DNA from: Sulfurospirillaceae bacterium
GTDB taxonomy: Bacteria > Campylobacterota > Campylobacteria > Campylobacterales > Sulfurospirillaceae
Reading direction: 5' to 3'
Assembly (NCBI GenBank): GCA_033723415.1
Contig: JAWVXD010000011.1
Coordinates: 11,120 to 75,119, forward strand
DNA length: 64,000 nucleotides
The notes under the pieces were generated by a model. The model made no database searches, was not told the origin of the DNA, and saw only the letters and a list, made by a program, of their open reading frames with translations. Below, one piece after another: positions 10,437 through 19,495 of the stretch (position 1 is the stretch's first letter; every line of letters begins with the position of its first letter). The position numbers were made by a program, and so were the translations under genes.

Positions 10437-11977
10437 TTTTTATCCTTCCCTGTTTTGCCTTTTATTTTGACAAATAAAAGTATCGTAAATATTGAGCCTA
10501 TGACTCCCCAATGAGCTGCATCTGCAAAAACAGATGAGAAACCATAATTGTAACTCATAAATGTTTCATAATTTCTAAAAGATGCTACAGTCTGATCCAT
10601 CGAAATACCTAGAAAATTTTTAAAATTTTGTAGATAGTTGAATAGATATTGAGAATTTTGCAACTCTCCCATATGTGAAAAGTTTATGTTTTTAAAATAT
10701 TCCATATTGTTTGTTGCCAGTGCAGTTCCAAAGCTTCCGCCTACAAATCTGACATAGTCCATCAGCACAATGGCAAGTTCACCTTTTTCTGTTGGAGCAT
10801 TTTGTAAAAGTAGTACTGTAACTGGCGCAAAGAACAATCCCATACCTATACCAAATGGAATAGTGAGCAGCTGGGCTTGTACTAGAGGGGTATAATAATT
10901 CAGCGTCGGTAAAACAAAAATAGAAGTGATAATGTATATGACAGTAGCTATCAAGATCACGTTCTTTGCACCGATCTTGTCCGATAAAACTCCGGCAAGA
11001 GGTGAGAAAATACCTATAAAAACAGCAAAAACAAAAACTGATATACCGGCATCTAGAGTAGGCAACATTTTTATATGCTCATAATAAACAGGCAAAAGAT
11101 AAAAATACTGATACATACTAAACCCTAGTATGAAAAAGTAGATCAATATGCCGTTTGTAAAATCTGAATTTTTAAAAAGAGTAAAATCTATCAATGTATA
11201 TTTTGAGTTCATTTCACTCAATATATATATGAGATATCCGACAATAGAAGCAAACAGTAAAAAACTCACTAAAGAATCATTCATCCAGCCTCTTTGCTGT
11301 CCTAAAGACAACATAATAAGTACTGATATGGTTGCGATTGAAATCCAAAAAAAGCTTATAAAGTTAAATCTGATTTTATTGAGATTTAAATCCTTCGGAA
11401 GAAAGATCAAGCTTGCGATAGTTAAAAGTATACCTATTGGAACATTGATAAAAAATACCATTCTCCAATTGTAATATTCTGTCAAATATCCTCCGATAGT
11501 GGGACCAAGTGCCGGAGCAAAGCTGATACCAAGACCAAATATACCCATAGCAAATCCTTGCTTTTTAGGTGGAAAATATGAAAAGATCATGATATGGCTT
11601 GTTACCATGATAAGAGCTTCTCCCGTTCCTTGAAAGATCCTTGCCATGATGATATAGGAAAGCTCATTTGAAATACCACAAATAAATGAAGCCGTAGAGA
11701 AGATCACAATACCTGCGATAAAGACTTTTTTTGCACCGAATCTTTTTATCAGATACTCTGTTATGAGAAGCGCTATGGCAGCTGCTATCATATAACTGGT
11801 GATTATCCACTGTACTCCATACATATCTGAGGATAAAGGTCCTGTCAATTTTGGGACGATAACATCTACTATTGTAGTGTCAAGTATGGCCATAAAAGAT
11901 CCGACCATCACGATTATGCTAAATATTGCTCGCTCTTTAGAGGTTATATCCCAACTGTTTTTGGCAGGTTCTTGCAT
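10433..11977 (-). CDS. DHA2 (EmrB/QacA) MFS efflux permease
   Basis: FMAILDTTIVDV, QWIITSY, ARIFQG, APALGPTIGGYL, WRMVFFINVPIG; ~14 TM. Confidence 0.9.
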   Translation of the reverse strand: MQEPAKNSWDITSKERAIFSIIVMVGSFMAILDTTIVDVIVPKLTGPLSSDMYGVQWIITSYMIAAAIALLITEYLIKRFGAKKVFIAGIVIFSTASFICGISNELSYIIMARIFQGTGEALIMVTSHIMIFSYFPPKKQGFAMGIFGLGISFAPALGPTIGGYLTEYYNWRMVFFINVPIGILLTIASLIFLPKDLNLNKIRFNFISFFWISIATISVLIMLSLGQQRGWMNDSLVSFLLFASIVGYLIYILSEMNSKYTLIDFTLFKNSDFTNGILIYFFILGFSMYQYFYLLPVYYEHIKMLPTLDAGISVFVFAVFIGIFSPLAGVLSDKIGAKNVILIATVIYIITSIFVLPTLNYYTPLVQAQLLTIPFGIGMGLFFAPVTVLLLQNAPTEKGELAIVLMDYVRFVGGSFGTALATNNMEYFKNINFSHMGELQNSQYLFNYLQNFKNFLGISMDQTVASFRNYETFMSYNYGFSSVFADAAHWGVIGSIFTILLFVKIKGKTGKDKN

Positions 11978-11979
11978 TT

Positions 11980-13095
11980 TTATTTTGATCTTTTGATAGC
12001 TACATTTGCACTCATACCGACTTTTAATCCATCAATCTTTTCTAAAGAGATGCGTACCGTAAATCTTTGGTCAAGCTTTGTAAACTCACCGCTTGCTATA
12101 TCTCTTGGAACTAGTGAAAATGTTGATGCTGATGTCGGTAAGATCTTTTCGACCTTGCCTGTGTATTCTTTGCCATCAAGGGCATCCGGTTTGATTGATA
12201 CAAGATTACCTATCTTTACGCCATGTAACTTTTTCTCAGACAGAAGTACTTCTACATGCAATTTTTTTGGATTGATTACGTAGTATATCGGATATCCTGA
12301 GCTTACGACTTGATCTACATTTGCAATCTTTTTTGCGATGATACCATCATATGGAGCTATCAGATTACAATATGAAATCTTGTTTTCAATTGCTTCTTTA
12401 TCATCATTTAGTGCTTTTATCTTTGATTCAAGCGCCAAGATTGTTTTATTTAACTCTTTTGTGGAAGTTTTCTTTATTGCAGAGAGAGTTGCAGCATCTT
12501 CGACATTGTTTAGATTTGAAATCACAGAATCTAATTCTTGTTTTTGTGATAAAATCATATCTGATAGTGAATTTTTGGCAGTTAGGATATTTTCATAGTT
12601 ATTTTTTGCAACAAGTTTCTCTTGTAGCATTCGTTTGTATCTTTTGGCATCTAGTTCTAATTTAGACAGCTTTGTTTCATTTGCTTTGATAGAAAGCTTT
12701 AATGACTCTATCTTGCTTTTGTATGATACTATATTGTTTTTTGCTATTTTTTCACTTAGATCAAGCTCTTTAGTGACTCTGGCGTATTTTTCTTCAAGGG
12801 CAGATTTACTCATCTTAAGAGAAGTAATAGAATTCTTTATTTTATTTAGCGTTACCAAAAAATCTTTATCATCGATACGAGCTAGTATTTCACCTTTTTT
12901 TATACTATCACCTTCATTTTTGGTCATATTTTTTATCTTACCTTTGACTTTAAAACTAAGAAGTGCAATAGAATCACTCTTTATAAAAGCAGCATCACTG
13001 ACAGCATTGTCTGATCTGAATTTCAGATAGGCATATCCCTCGTAGCCAAAAAATAAAACCAATACCAATATAACAATATTTCCGATTTTTTTCAT
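11980..13095 (-). CDS. HlyD/EmrA family membrane-fusion protein
   Basis: N-terminal TM, lipoyl halves (KVKGKIK...EGDSIKKG; IAPYDGII), SASTFSLVPRDIASGEFTKLDQR; ATG at 13095 preferred over TTG at 13107. Confidence 0.9.
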   Translation of the reverse strand: MKKIGNIVILVLVLFFGYEGYAYLKFRSDNAVSDAAFIKSDSIALLSFKVKGKIKNMTKNEGDSIKKGEILARIDDKDFLVTLNKIKNSITSLKMSKSALEEKYARVTKELDLSEKIAKNNIVSYKSKIESLKLSIKANETKLSKLELDAKRYKRMLQEKLVAKNNYENILTAKNSLSDMILSQKQELDSVISNLNNVEDAATLSAIKKTSTKELNKTILALESKIKALNDDKEAIENKISYCNLIAPYDGIIAKKIANVDQVVSSGYPIYYVINPKKLHVEVLLSEKKLHGVKIGNLVSIKPDALDGKEYTGKVEKILPTSASTFSLVPRDIASGEFTKLDQRFTVRISLEKIDGLKVGMSANVAIKRSK

Positions 13096-13179
13096 ACGAT
13101 ATTCCAATTTTGAAAATTTCTAAAATTATATCGCTTTAAGATTGAATGTTAACTTTTGAGAGAAGAGTAGAGGGAAAGT

Positions 13180-13218
13180 TTTACACCTTGCCTAGCTTGG
13201 CAAGTGGCAAGGTGTAAA
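13180..13218 (-). terminator. Hairpin terminator downstream of the cyc2-like gene
   Basis: 13-bp inverted repeat TTTACACCTTGCC / GGCAAGGTGTAAA just after the stop codon. Confidence 0.7.
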
Positions 13219-13233
13219 TAAGAAGATATATGA

Positions 13234-14442
13234 TTAAAACATAAACCAGCCGATTAGGAATACGTTGTTGTTGTCTGAAGCACCAACACTTGTTCCACCA
13301 AATTTAGTATAGTTATTAAATTGTGCAGCTAGTCTAATTTTTTCTGTTGGGACATAATCAAATTGAACTGTTGTTCCAGCATTTTGAGTAGCTGAATTTA
13401 GTGAATCTGATACATAATCTAGAGTTATTCCATATTTTTGTTTATAGAAGTAGCTGATTTTTGCTTTATTAGTTTCAAGTTTATCAGTAGCACCACCACT
13501 TTGAGTTTCCCAAGTTTTGCTTGCTTGTGCTGTGATCAGGTGATCTCCATGGTTATACTGCCATTCTGCATCAAATGCGTGATCTTTATATGTAACTGCA
13601 GCATCAGGAGTCGGGTCATAGTAGTGTCCTATTACTTTAGATCTTAAGTATTGTGCACCGACCATAACATAGTTGTCACCAAAATTGTGTTGTAGAGCAA
13701 TTCTTGCATATGGAGATATGCCATCAGCATAATCATAACCAGCGCCACCGATATCTTTTATATTTGCAGCTGTGTCAGTTGAAAAATGAAAAACATTTAA
13801 TAGTCCAGATGCTTTTGAACCTTTATATGCGTCAAACTCTGTATATAACCAGTTATTCCACATAGCATAAGCGCCAAGTCCAACTACATTATCTAGTCCG
13901 TCAAGTTTTGTTCCGCCGTTGTTAACGCCGCCTGCATAAGGATAACCCCAAGCAGAAGTACTATTCCATAAATCTTGTACTGTAGGACTATTATTTACTG
14001 TAAATCCATAATCAATAAACATTCCCTTTGCTTTTGTGGAATTCGCATATCTGAAATCCATATTGTCAGCACCAAAGATACCTGCATCATCTAAGGTAGT
14101 TTGAACAAATGCACCTACATGATCTGTAATTTTACCACCGAAGAATATACTTGATTGTGGAATTTTTAGTGCATGATCAGCTGCAGTTGAATGTTTATTC
14201 ATAGTGGAAGTCACTTGGATCATAGCTGCAAATTTAGAAGCTAAACTAGTATCTCCACCTTCTGTTGTATAACCGTGAAGCTTGAAATCTCGACCAGTTT
14301 GTGTTAATTCTGGAAACACTGTGTGACATGCAGAACAATTAAGTCCTGTTTGTCTTGCAAAAGCAGGGATAGCATTTGCATTGTCTACAAGAGCAGCTGC
14401 AAGTAATGCACCGGCTGCAAGATACTTCAATGAAGTTTTCAT
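13234..14442 (-). CDS. cyc2: Cyc2-type fused monoheme cytochrome c / outer-membrane porin (putative Fe(II) oxidase or extracellular electron conduit)
   Basis: Signal peptide then ANA|IPAFARQTGLNCSACHTVFPELT (Cyc2 signature AxPxFARQT-G-xx-CxxCH...PxL); barrel motifs NNSPTVQDLWNS, NWLY, PYARIALQH; C-terminal aromatic WFMF; AAGGAG SD. Confidence 0.85.
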   Translation of the reverse strand: MKTSLKYLAAGALLAAALVDNANAIPAFARQTGLNCSACHTVFPELTQTGRDFKLHGYTTEGGDTSLASKFAAMIQVTSTMNKHSTAADHALKIPQSSIFFGGKITDHVGAFVQTTLDDAGIFGADNMDFRYANSTKAKGMFIDYGFTVNNSPTVQDLWNSTSAWGYPYAGGVNNGGTKLDGLDNVVGLGAYAMWNNWLYTEFDAYKGSKASGLLNVFHFSTDTAANIKDIGGAGYDYADGISPYARIALQHNFGDNYVMVGAQYLRSKVIGHYYDPTPDAAVTYKDHAFDAEWQYNHGDHLITAQASKTWETQSGGATDKLETNKAKISYFYKQKYGITLDYVSDSLNSATQNAGTTVQFDYVPTEKIRLAAQFNNYTKFGGTSVGASDNNNVFLIGWFMF

Positions 14443-14561
14443 TTATTTTCTCCTTATTTATATAATTGTAAGCTAATCCAGATTCAGCGAATAAATCTTC
14501 TATAGCACCAAGCTTTTTTACTCCTACAGTGAAATTCTAGAGGTATTTTCATAAAGATACA

Positions 14562-14588
14562 TTGATTTTTTGATTAACTTTGATTAAT
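14562..14588. promoter_or_regulatory. Tandem TTTGATTAA direct repeats, candidate OmpR-family regulator site upstream of cyc2
   Basis: TTTGATTAAC (14569) and TTTGATTAAT (14579) with 10-bp period plus TTGATT at 14562; located just upstream of a minus-strand TAGAAT (14539-14534). Confidence 0.45.
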
Positions 14589-14917
14589 CTTATATTTAAT
14601 ATTTCCTGATAGAATGACAAAAATCTGACTATTTCAGTTACGCGATAATTTTTTTAATTTTATAATTTACTTTATAGCTTTAAATAGTATAAATTATTAT
14701 AATTATTATAAATATATATAATGTTATTTAAAATGTTAATTCTTTTTAATTATTCTTAGTAGCTTACAAATTTTTTTGTGATATAATTTCTTCTTGTTAT
14801 AGAATAAAAATCTACAATATGCTTAATATTACGGCATTGTAGTTCCAAGTAGAATTTTAAATTCAAATTAATTTTTAGAGTTTTTAATTAATAATTTTTA
14901 TAGAAAAGTGGTAATTT

Positions 14918-15586
14918 ATGAATATTTTAGTAGTAGAAGATGACGCTCAGATAGCCTCATATTTACAAAAAGGGCTGCTTGAAGAGTCTTTTTCGGTTGA
15001 TGTTGCAAATGACGGAGTTGAAGGTCTTGCTTGTATTAGAAAAAAAACTTATGATGTTATTGTATTAGATTGGATGCTTCCTAATTTGGACGGTATAGAT
15101 ATTTGTACAATTGCAAGAAAAAACAACATAAATACACCTATTCTGATGCTTAGTGCAAAAAGTAGCATTCAAGATAGAATTGAAGGTTTAAATAGTGGAG
15201 CAGATGACTATCTGCCAAAACCATTTTCATTTGATGAACTCATTGCCAGGATAAATGCTTTATTAAGACGAAAAAAATTTCAAAAAGCAAATATATTAGA
15301 AATAGCGGATCTTGTTTTTGATATAACCGAGCGAAAAGCTACAAGAGCAGGCAAATTGATCACTCTTACCATAAAAGAATATGAACTCTTAGAGATATTG
15401 ATGGAAAATAAAGGTCATGTCGTAAGCACAAAAAAGATAATCTCTCATTTGTGGAAAGATGAAACAATATCAAGCAATATCATAATAGTCCTAATCCACC
15501 ACCTAAGAAGCAAGATAGATGACGGACATTCTAAAAAACTGATAAAAACGATACGAAAAATCGGATATAAGATAGATGATGTTTAG
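14918..15586 (+). CDS. OmpR-family response regulator (CusR/CzcR-like)
   Basis: ILVVEDD, LDWMLP, GADDYLPKPFSFDEL, winged-helix LTIKEYELL...IKTIRKIGY. Confidence 0.92.
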   Translation: MNILVVEDDAQIASYLQKGLLEESFSVDVANDGVEGLACIRKKTYDVIVLDWMLPNLDGIDICTIARKNNINTPILMLSAKSSIQDRIEGLNSGADDYLPKPFSFDELIARINALLRRKKFQKANILEIADLVFDITERKATRAGKLITLTIKEYELLEILMENKGHVVSTKKIISHLWKDETISSNIIIVLIHHLRSKIDDGHSKKLIKTIRKIGYKIDDV

Positions 15587-16964
15587 CAATATCAGAAGCA
15601 TAAAATCAAAGATTTTTCTCTCTTACGGTGCTATCTTGATAGTAGCCGTAGTCTTTTCAAATTTTATGTTTTATTCTTTGGCTAAAAGATATTTCTATAA
15701 TAATACAATACAGGCATTGGAAAGTATCTCCAGAGATGTTATCGTGGATGATATAGAAGGTAAAAATTTAAAGAACGGCGTTACATTGGCAGTTCATAAA
15801 TACAAGTTTAGTATACCAAATGTTTACATTCAAGCCAGATATAAAGATAAGGTTGTTCTAAAATCAAAGAACATGAGAAACCTTGAATTACCGAAATACG
15901 ACTTTTCTCAGAAAAGTGCTATTACTTTTGTAAAAATAAGTGATATTTCTAAATATGAACTCATAATTTATGCAACAAAAATAGAATCAGACAAAGATTA
16001 TACAGTGCAAATTGCTACAACCAATGAGCAGGAAAAACAACACCTTTCAAAAATCTTACATATGTTTTTAGTTGGTGATCCTATATTTATATTAGTTATA
16101 TTGTTGATCATTTATAAAATGCTTTTGGATATACTCAAGCCCATGAATACCATCATAAGAACCGCTAAAAACATATCAATAACAGATTTGGATAAAAGAA
16201 TTCCATATAAAGATAACGGAGATGAGTTTGCAGAACTTGCAAAAACATTCAATAAAATGCTCTCTCGTCTTCAGTCGTCTTTTGACCAAATCAAGAGATT
16301 TAGTTCAGATGCGTCACACCAGCTCAAAACACCTCTGACTTCAATGCGTGTACAAACAGATGTTGCATTAAAAATGGATAGAGATGTTGATGAATATAAA
16401 AAAGTTTTAAAATCAATAAACGGTGAGATCATATATCTTCAGGAGATGATAAACGACTTGTTTTTATTAACGCAGATGGATGATGAGATAATCCAAAAAA
16501 ATTTCAAAAATATAGACCTTGACAATATTTTGATGAATGCAATCGGAGAATTTGTTTTGATAGCAAACAAAAAAGGTGTCAATTTAGATATAAAAGATAT
16601 AAAAAGCACTCCTATCAAGGGCGAAAATACTCTAGTTTCTATCCTATGCTCGAACCTCATAGACAATGCTATAAAGTATACTCAAAAAGGCAAAAGTGTT
16701 TCCATAGAACTAAAGGACAACACTGTTATTGTAGAAGATGAAGGAATCGGAATCAAAGAAGAAGATTTAAAACATATCTTTGATAAGTTTTTCAGAGTGC
16801 ATTCCGGAAGATCTGAAGGAGTTCAGGGTTATGGACTAGGGTTGTCTATAGTTAAGATCATAGCAAATCTCCATAATGCACAGATACGCATAGAAAGTAA
16901 AATTGGAGTTGGAACCAGAATAGAAGTAGAATTTCCAACTGTTGATTCGAATCAAAATTTATAA
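15576..16964 (+). CDS. Sensor histidine kinase with HAMP domain (CusS/CzcS-like)
   Basis: Two TM, HAMP (DEFAELAKTFNKML), H-box DASHQLKTPL, NLIDNAIKY, DEGIGI, GYGLGL. Confidence 0.92.
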   Translation: MMFSNIRSIKSKIFLSYGAILIVAVVFSNFMFYSLAKRYFYNNTIQALESISRDVIVDDIEGKNLKNGVTLAVHKYKFSIPNVYIQARYKDKVVLKSKNMRNLELPKYDFSQKSAITFVKISDISKYELIIYATKIESDKDYTVQIATTNEQEKQHLSKILHMFLVGDPIFILVILLIIYKMLLDILKPMNTIIRTAKNISITDLDKRIPYKDNGDEFAELAKTFNKMLSRLQSSFDQIKRFSSDASHQLKTPLTSMRVQTDVALKMDRDVDEYKKVLKSINGEIIYLQEMINDLFLLTQMDDEIIQKNFKNIDLDNILMNAIGEFVLIANKKGVNLDIKDIKSTPIKGENTLVSILCSNLIDNAIKYTQKGKSVSIELKDNTVIVEDEGIGIKEEDLKHIFDKFFRVHSGRSEGVQGYGLGLSIVKIIANLHNAQIRIESKIGVGTRIEVEFPTVDSNQNL

Positions 16965-16982
16965 TACAACAAAGGAAATTTT

Positions 16983-18152
16983 TTGAAAAAGTTTGATAAA
17001 GGTGAAGTGCTAACCATATCTTTTAGTCACTTTGCTCATGATATATACTCTTCATTTTTGGCACCTATGTTGCCGTTTTTGATATCAAAACTTGGTATAA
17101 GCCTCTCAGAAGCATCTCTTTTTGATATTGCAAGAAGAATACCTGCACTTTTTAATCCATTATTTGGCTTGATGGCAGAAAAAAGCAGCATAAAATATAT
17201 AGTCATATTTACACCATCCATAACGGCTATTTCTATGAGCTTACTTGGACTTGCCAATTCTTATATCTTGGCTCTGATCTTACTTTTTGTTGCAGGACTC
17301 AGTGCTGCACTTTATCATATACCTTCACCTGTGATGATCAAAGAAGCTTCGGGCAGTAAAGTAGGTACAGGTATGAGCTTTTTCATGGTTGGCGGAGAAG
17401 GTGCAAGAACCGTAGGACCGTTAGTTATCACAGGAGCTATCTCACTATGGGGACTTGATGGTACATACAGACTTGTACCATTTGGACTACTTGCTTCAGC
17501 ATTGCTTTTTTACAAACTAAGAAATTTTCATTTAGATACATCACTTCGTAAAAAAAGAGAGAAAGGGGATACAAAAAAATTTCTCGTCAAATATTATCCT
17601 TTTTTTACCGGTCTGGGTGGTTTTTTAATGTTTCAATCTGCTATGAAGTCAGTTTTGGTTCTATATTTGCCTGTTTATCTTATGCATCATGGCGCAGATA
17701 TTTGGAGGGCGGGTATCTCTTTGTCTGTTTTGGAATTTTTTGGTGTCGCAGGAACTTTGTTTGCAGGCTCTTACTCAGATAAGATCGGTAGACACAATAT
17801 GCTGCTTATCTCAACTGTCATGTCGGCTGTTTTTATGGTTTTATTTGTACTGTTTCACTCTGTTTTGCTATTTCCGATACTTGCTGTTTTGGGGTTTTTC
17901 TTATTTGCATCGGGACCTGTACTTATGGCTAGTGTTCAAGATCTGAATTCTCATATGCCTACTTTTGCAAATAGTTTATATATGAGTGTAAATTTTGGAG
18001 TAAGTTCTATTGTGGTTTTTATGATAGGATTATCAGGAGATTATTTAGGATTGGATATTACATACAAGGTTACAGCAGCTTTGGCATTTGTATGTATTCC
18101 TTTTACACTGTTTTTGAAAAAAATTATGCAAGGATTAAAAAATGAAAACTAA
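16983..18152 (+). CDS. MFS transporter (Fsr-like)
   Basis: SHFAHDIY, ALYHIP, GMSFFMVGG, GSYSDKIGR; ~12 TM. Confidence 0.8.
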   Translation: MKKFDKGEVLTISFSHFAHDIYSSFLAPMLPFLISKLGISLSEASLFDIARRIPALFNPLFGLMAEKSSIKYIVIFTPSITAISMSLLGLANSYILALILLFVAGLSAALYHIPSPVMIKEASGSKVGTGMSFFMVGGEGARTVGPLVITGAISLWGLDGTYRLVPFGLLASALLFYKLRNFHLDTSLRKKREKGDTKKFLVKYYPFFTGLGGFLMFQSAMKSVLVLYLPVYLMHHGADIWRAGISLSVLEFFGVAGTLFAGSYSDKIGRHNMLLISTVMSAVFMVLFVLFHSVLLFPILAVLGFFLFASGPVLMASVQDLNSHMPTFANSLYMSVNFGVSSIVVFMIGLSGDYLGLDITYKVTAALAFVCIPFTLFLKKIMQGLKNEN

Positions 18153-18669
18153 GATTGGAGTTTTAACCGTTTCAGATAGAGCAAGTGCAGGAGTTTATGA
18201 AGATCTCTCTGGAAAAGCTATAATCGATACATTAAGAGACTACATTCAAAGTGAATGGGATGAATTATATACAATAGTCCCAGATGAGCAAGAACTTATA
18301 GAAGAGACTCTTAAAGATATGGCTGATGTTGAAGAATGTTGTCTTATAGTAACTACCGGAGGTACGGGACCTGCACTGCGTGATGTGACTCCTGATGCAA
18401 CGGAGGCTGTATGTGATAAGATGATGCCGGGATTTGGAGAACTTATGAGACAGGTTAGTCTTCAGTATGTTCCAACGGCGATTCTCTCCAGACAAACTGC
18501 AGGAATAAGGGGAAAGACTTTAATCATCAATCTACCTGGCAAACCAAAATCAATCAGAGAATGTTTAGATGCGGTTTTTCCTGCGGTTCCATATTGTATA
18601 GATCTTATGGACGGCCCTTTTATAGAATGTGATGAGACGATCATAAAGCCATTTCGTCCTAAGCAATAG
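18142..18669 (+). CDS. mog: Molybdopterin adenylyltransferase
   Basis: TVSDRAS, TTGGTG, RDVTPDAT, LSRQTAGIRG, NLPGKPKSI. Confidence 0.95.
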   Translation: MKTKIGVLTVSDRASAGVYEDLSGKAIIDTLRDYIQSEWDELYTIVPDEQELIEETLKDMADVEECCLIVTTGGTGPALRDVTPDATEAVCDKMMPGFGELMRQVSLQYVPTAILSRQTAGIRGKTLIINLPGKPKSIRECLDAVFPAVPYCIDLMDGPFIECDETIIKPFRPKQ

Positions 18670-18694
18670 CAAAGAAGAAAGTGCTTATATCATG

Positions 18695-18742
18695 TATATA
18701 GGAAGGGGTCGTATGAAATACAACCCTTTAACTTCCTATATA
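18695..18742. terminator. Hairpin between convergent mog and uppP
   Basis: Outer IR TATATAGGAAG / CTTCCTATATA enclosing an inner imperfect stem GGGTCGTAT-GAA-ATACAACCC. Confidence 0.55.
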
Positions 18743-19495
18743 TAATAAGATCAAGCCAAATATGATCCGATAGATACCAAAACTTACAAATGTAAATCTT
18801 TGAAGAAAAGATAAAAAGAGTTTGATCGTAAGATAAGCAACCACGAATGAAACAACGAAACCTACAGCCAATGTCAGAATATTTTCATTTGAAAATTCAT
18901 GATAATGCTTCAAAAATTCATATGCACTGACGGTTATCATGACGGGGAATGCCAACAAAAAGCTAAACTCGGCACTGATCTTTCTATTTAATCCCACTAA
19001 CAAACCGCCTATAATCGTGGCTCCTGCTCTGCTGGTTCCAGGTATCAAAGCAAAAACTTGTGCAATACCTATAAAGAGGGATTGTTTGTATGTTACTTTT
19101 TCTACGTCGCTTACATAATGTTCTTTTTCTTTGTAAAATTTTTCTACTATTAAAAAGATTACACCGCCGACTATAAACATGACAGCTACTATTTGTGTAG
19201 AAAAAAGATCTTTTATCTGATGTCTAAATATAAACCCTATAACCGCAAGAGGAAGATAAGCTACGATCAAGCGTTTCCAAAGTTCTATCTTCTTTGGACT
19301 AAACTTCTCTTTATAAACAAAAACTACCGCTAGGATCGCAGCGAGTTGTATGATGATCTCAAAAGCTTTTGTATATGTATCTTGTGATAATCCCAGCATC
19401 TTGCTTGCAACAATCATATGTGCAGTGGAAGATATAGGTAAAAACTCGGTAAAACCTTCTATTACTCCAAGTATGGCGGATTGTATTACGTCCAT
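18728..19495 (-). CDS. uppP: Undecaprenyl-diphosphate phosphatase (BacA)
   Basis: EGFTEFLPISSTAH, IPGTSRAGATI, AEFSFLL, FGIYRI. Confidence 0.95.
   Translation of the reverse strand: MDVIQSAILGVIEGFTEFLPISSTAHMIVASKMLGLSQDTYTKAFEIIIQLAAILAVVFVYKEKFSPKKIELWKRLIVAYLPLAVIGFIFRHQIKDLFSTQIVAVMFIVGGVIFLIVEKFYKEKEHYVSDVEKVTYKQSLFIGIAQVFALIPGTSRAGATIIGGLLVGLNRKISAEFSFLLAFPVMITVSAYEFLKHYHEFSNENILTLAVGFVVSFVVAYLTIKLFLSFLQRFTFVSFGIYRIIFGLILLYIGS

Noticed and set aside
14484..14552. 22-aa minus-strand ORF (MKIPLEFHCRSKKAWCYRRFIR) and an orphan AGGAG upstream of cyc2
   Set aside because: No SD before this ATG, it overlaps the likely promoter, and the AGGAG leads only to a 3-codon frame.
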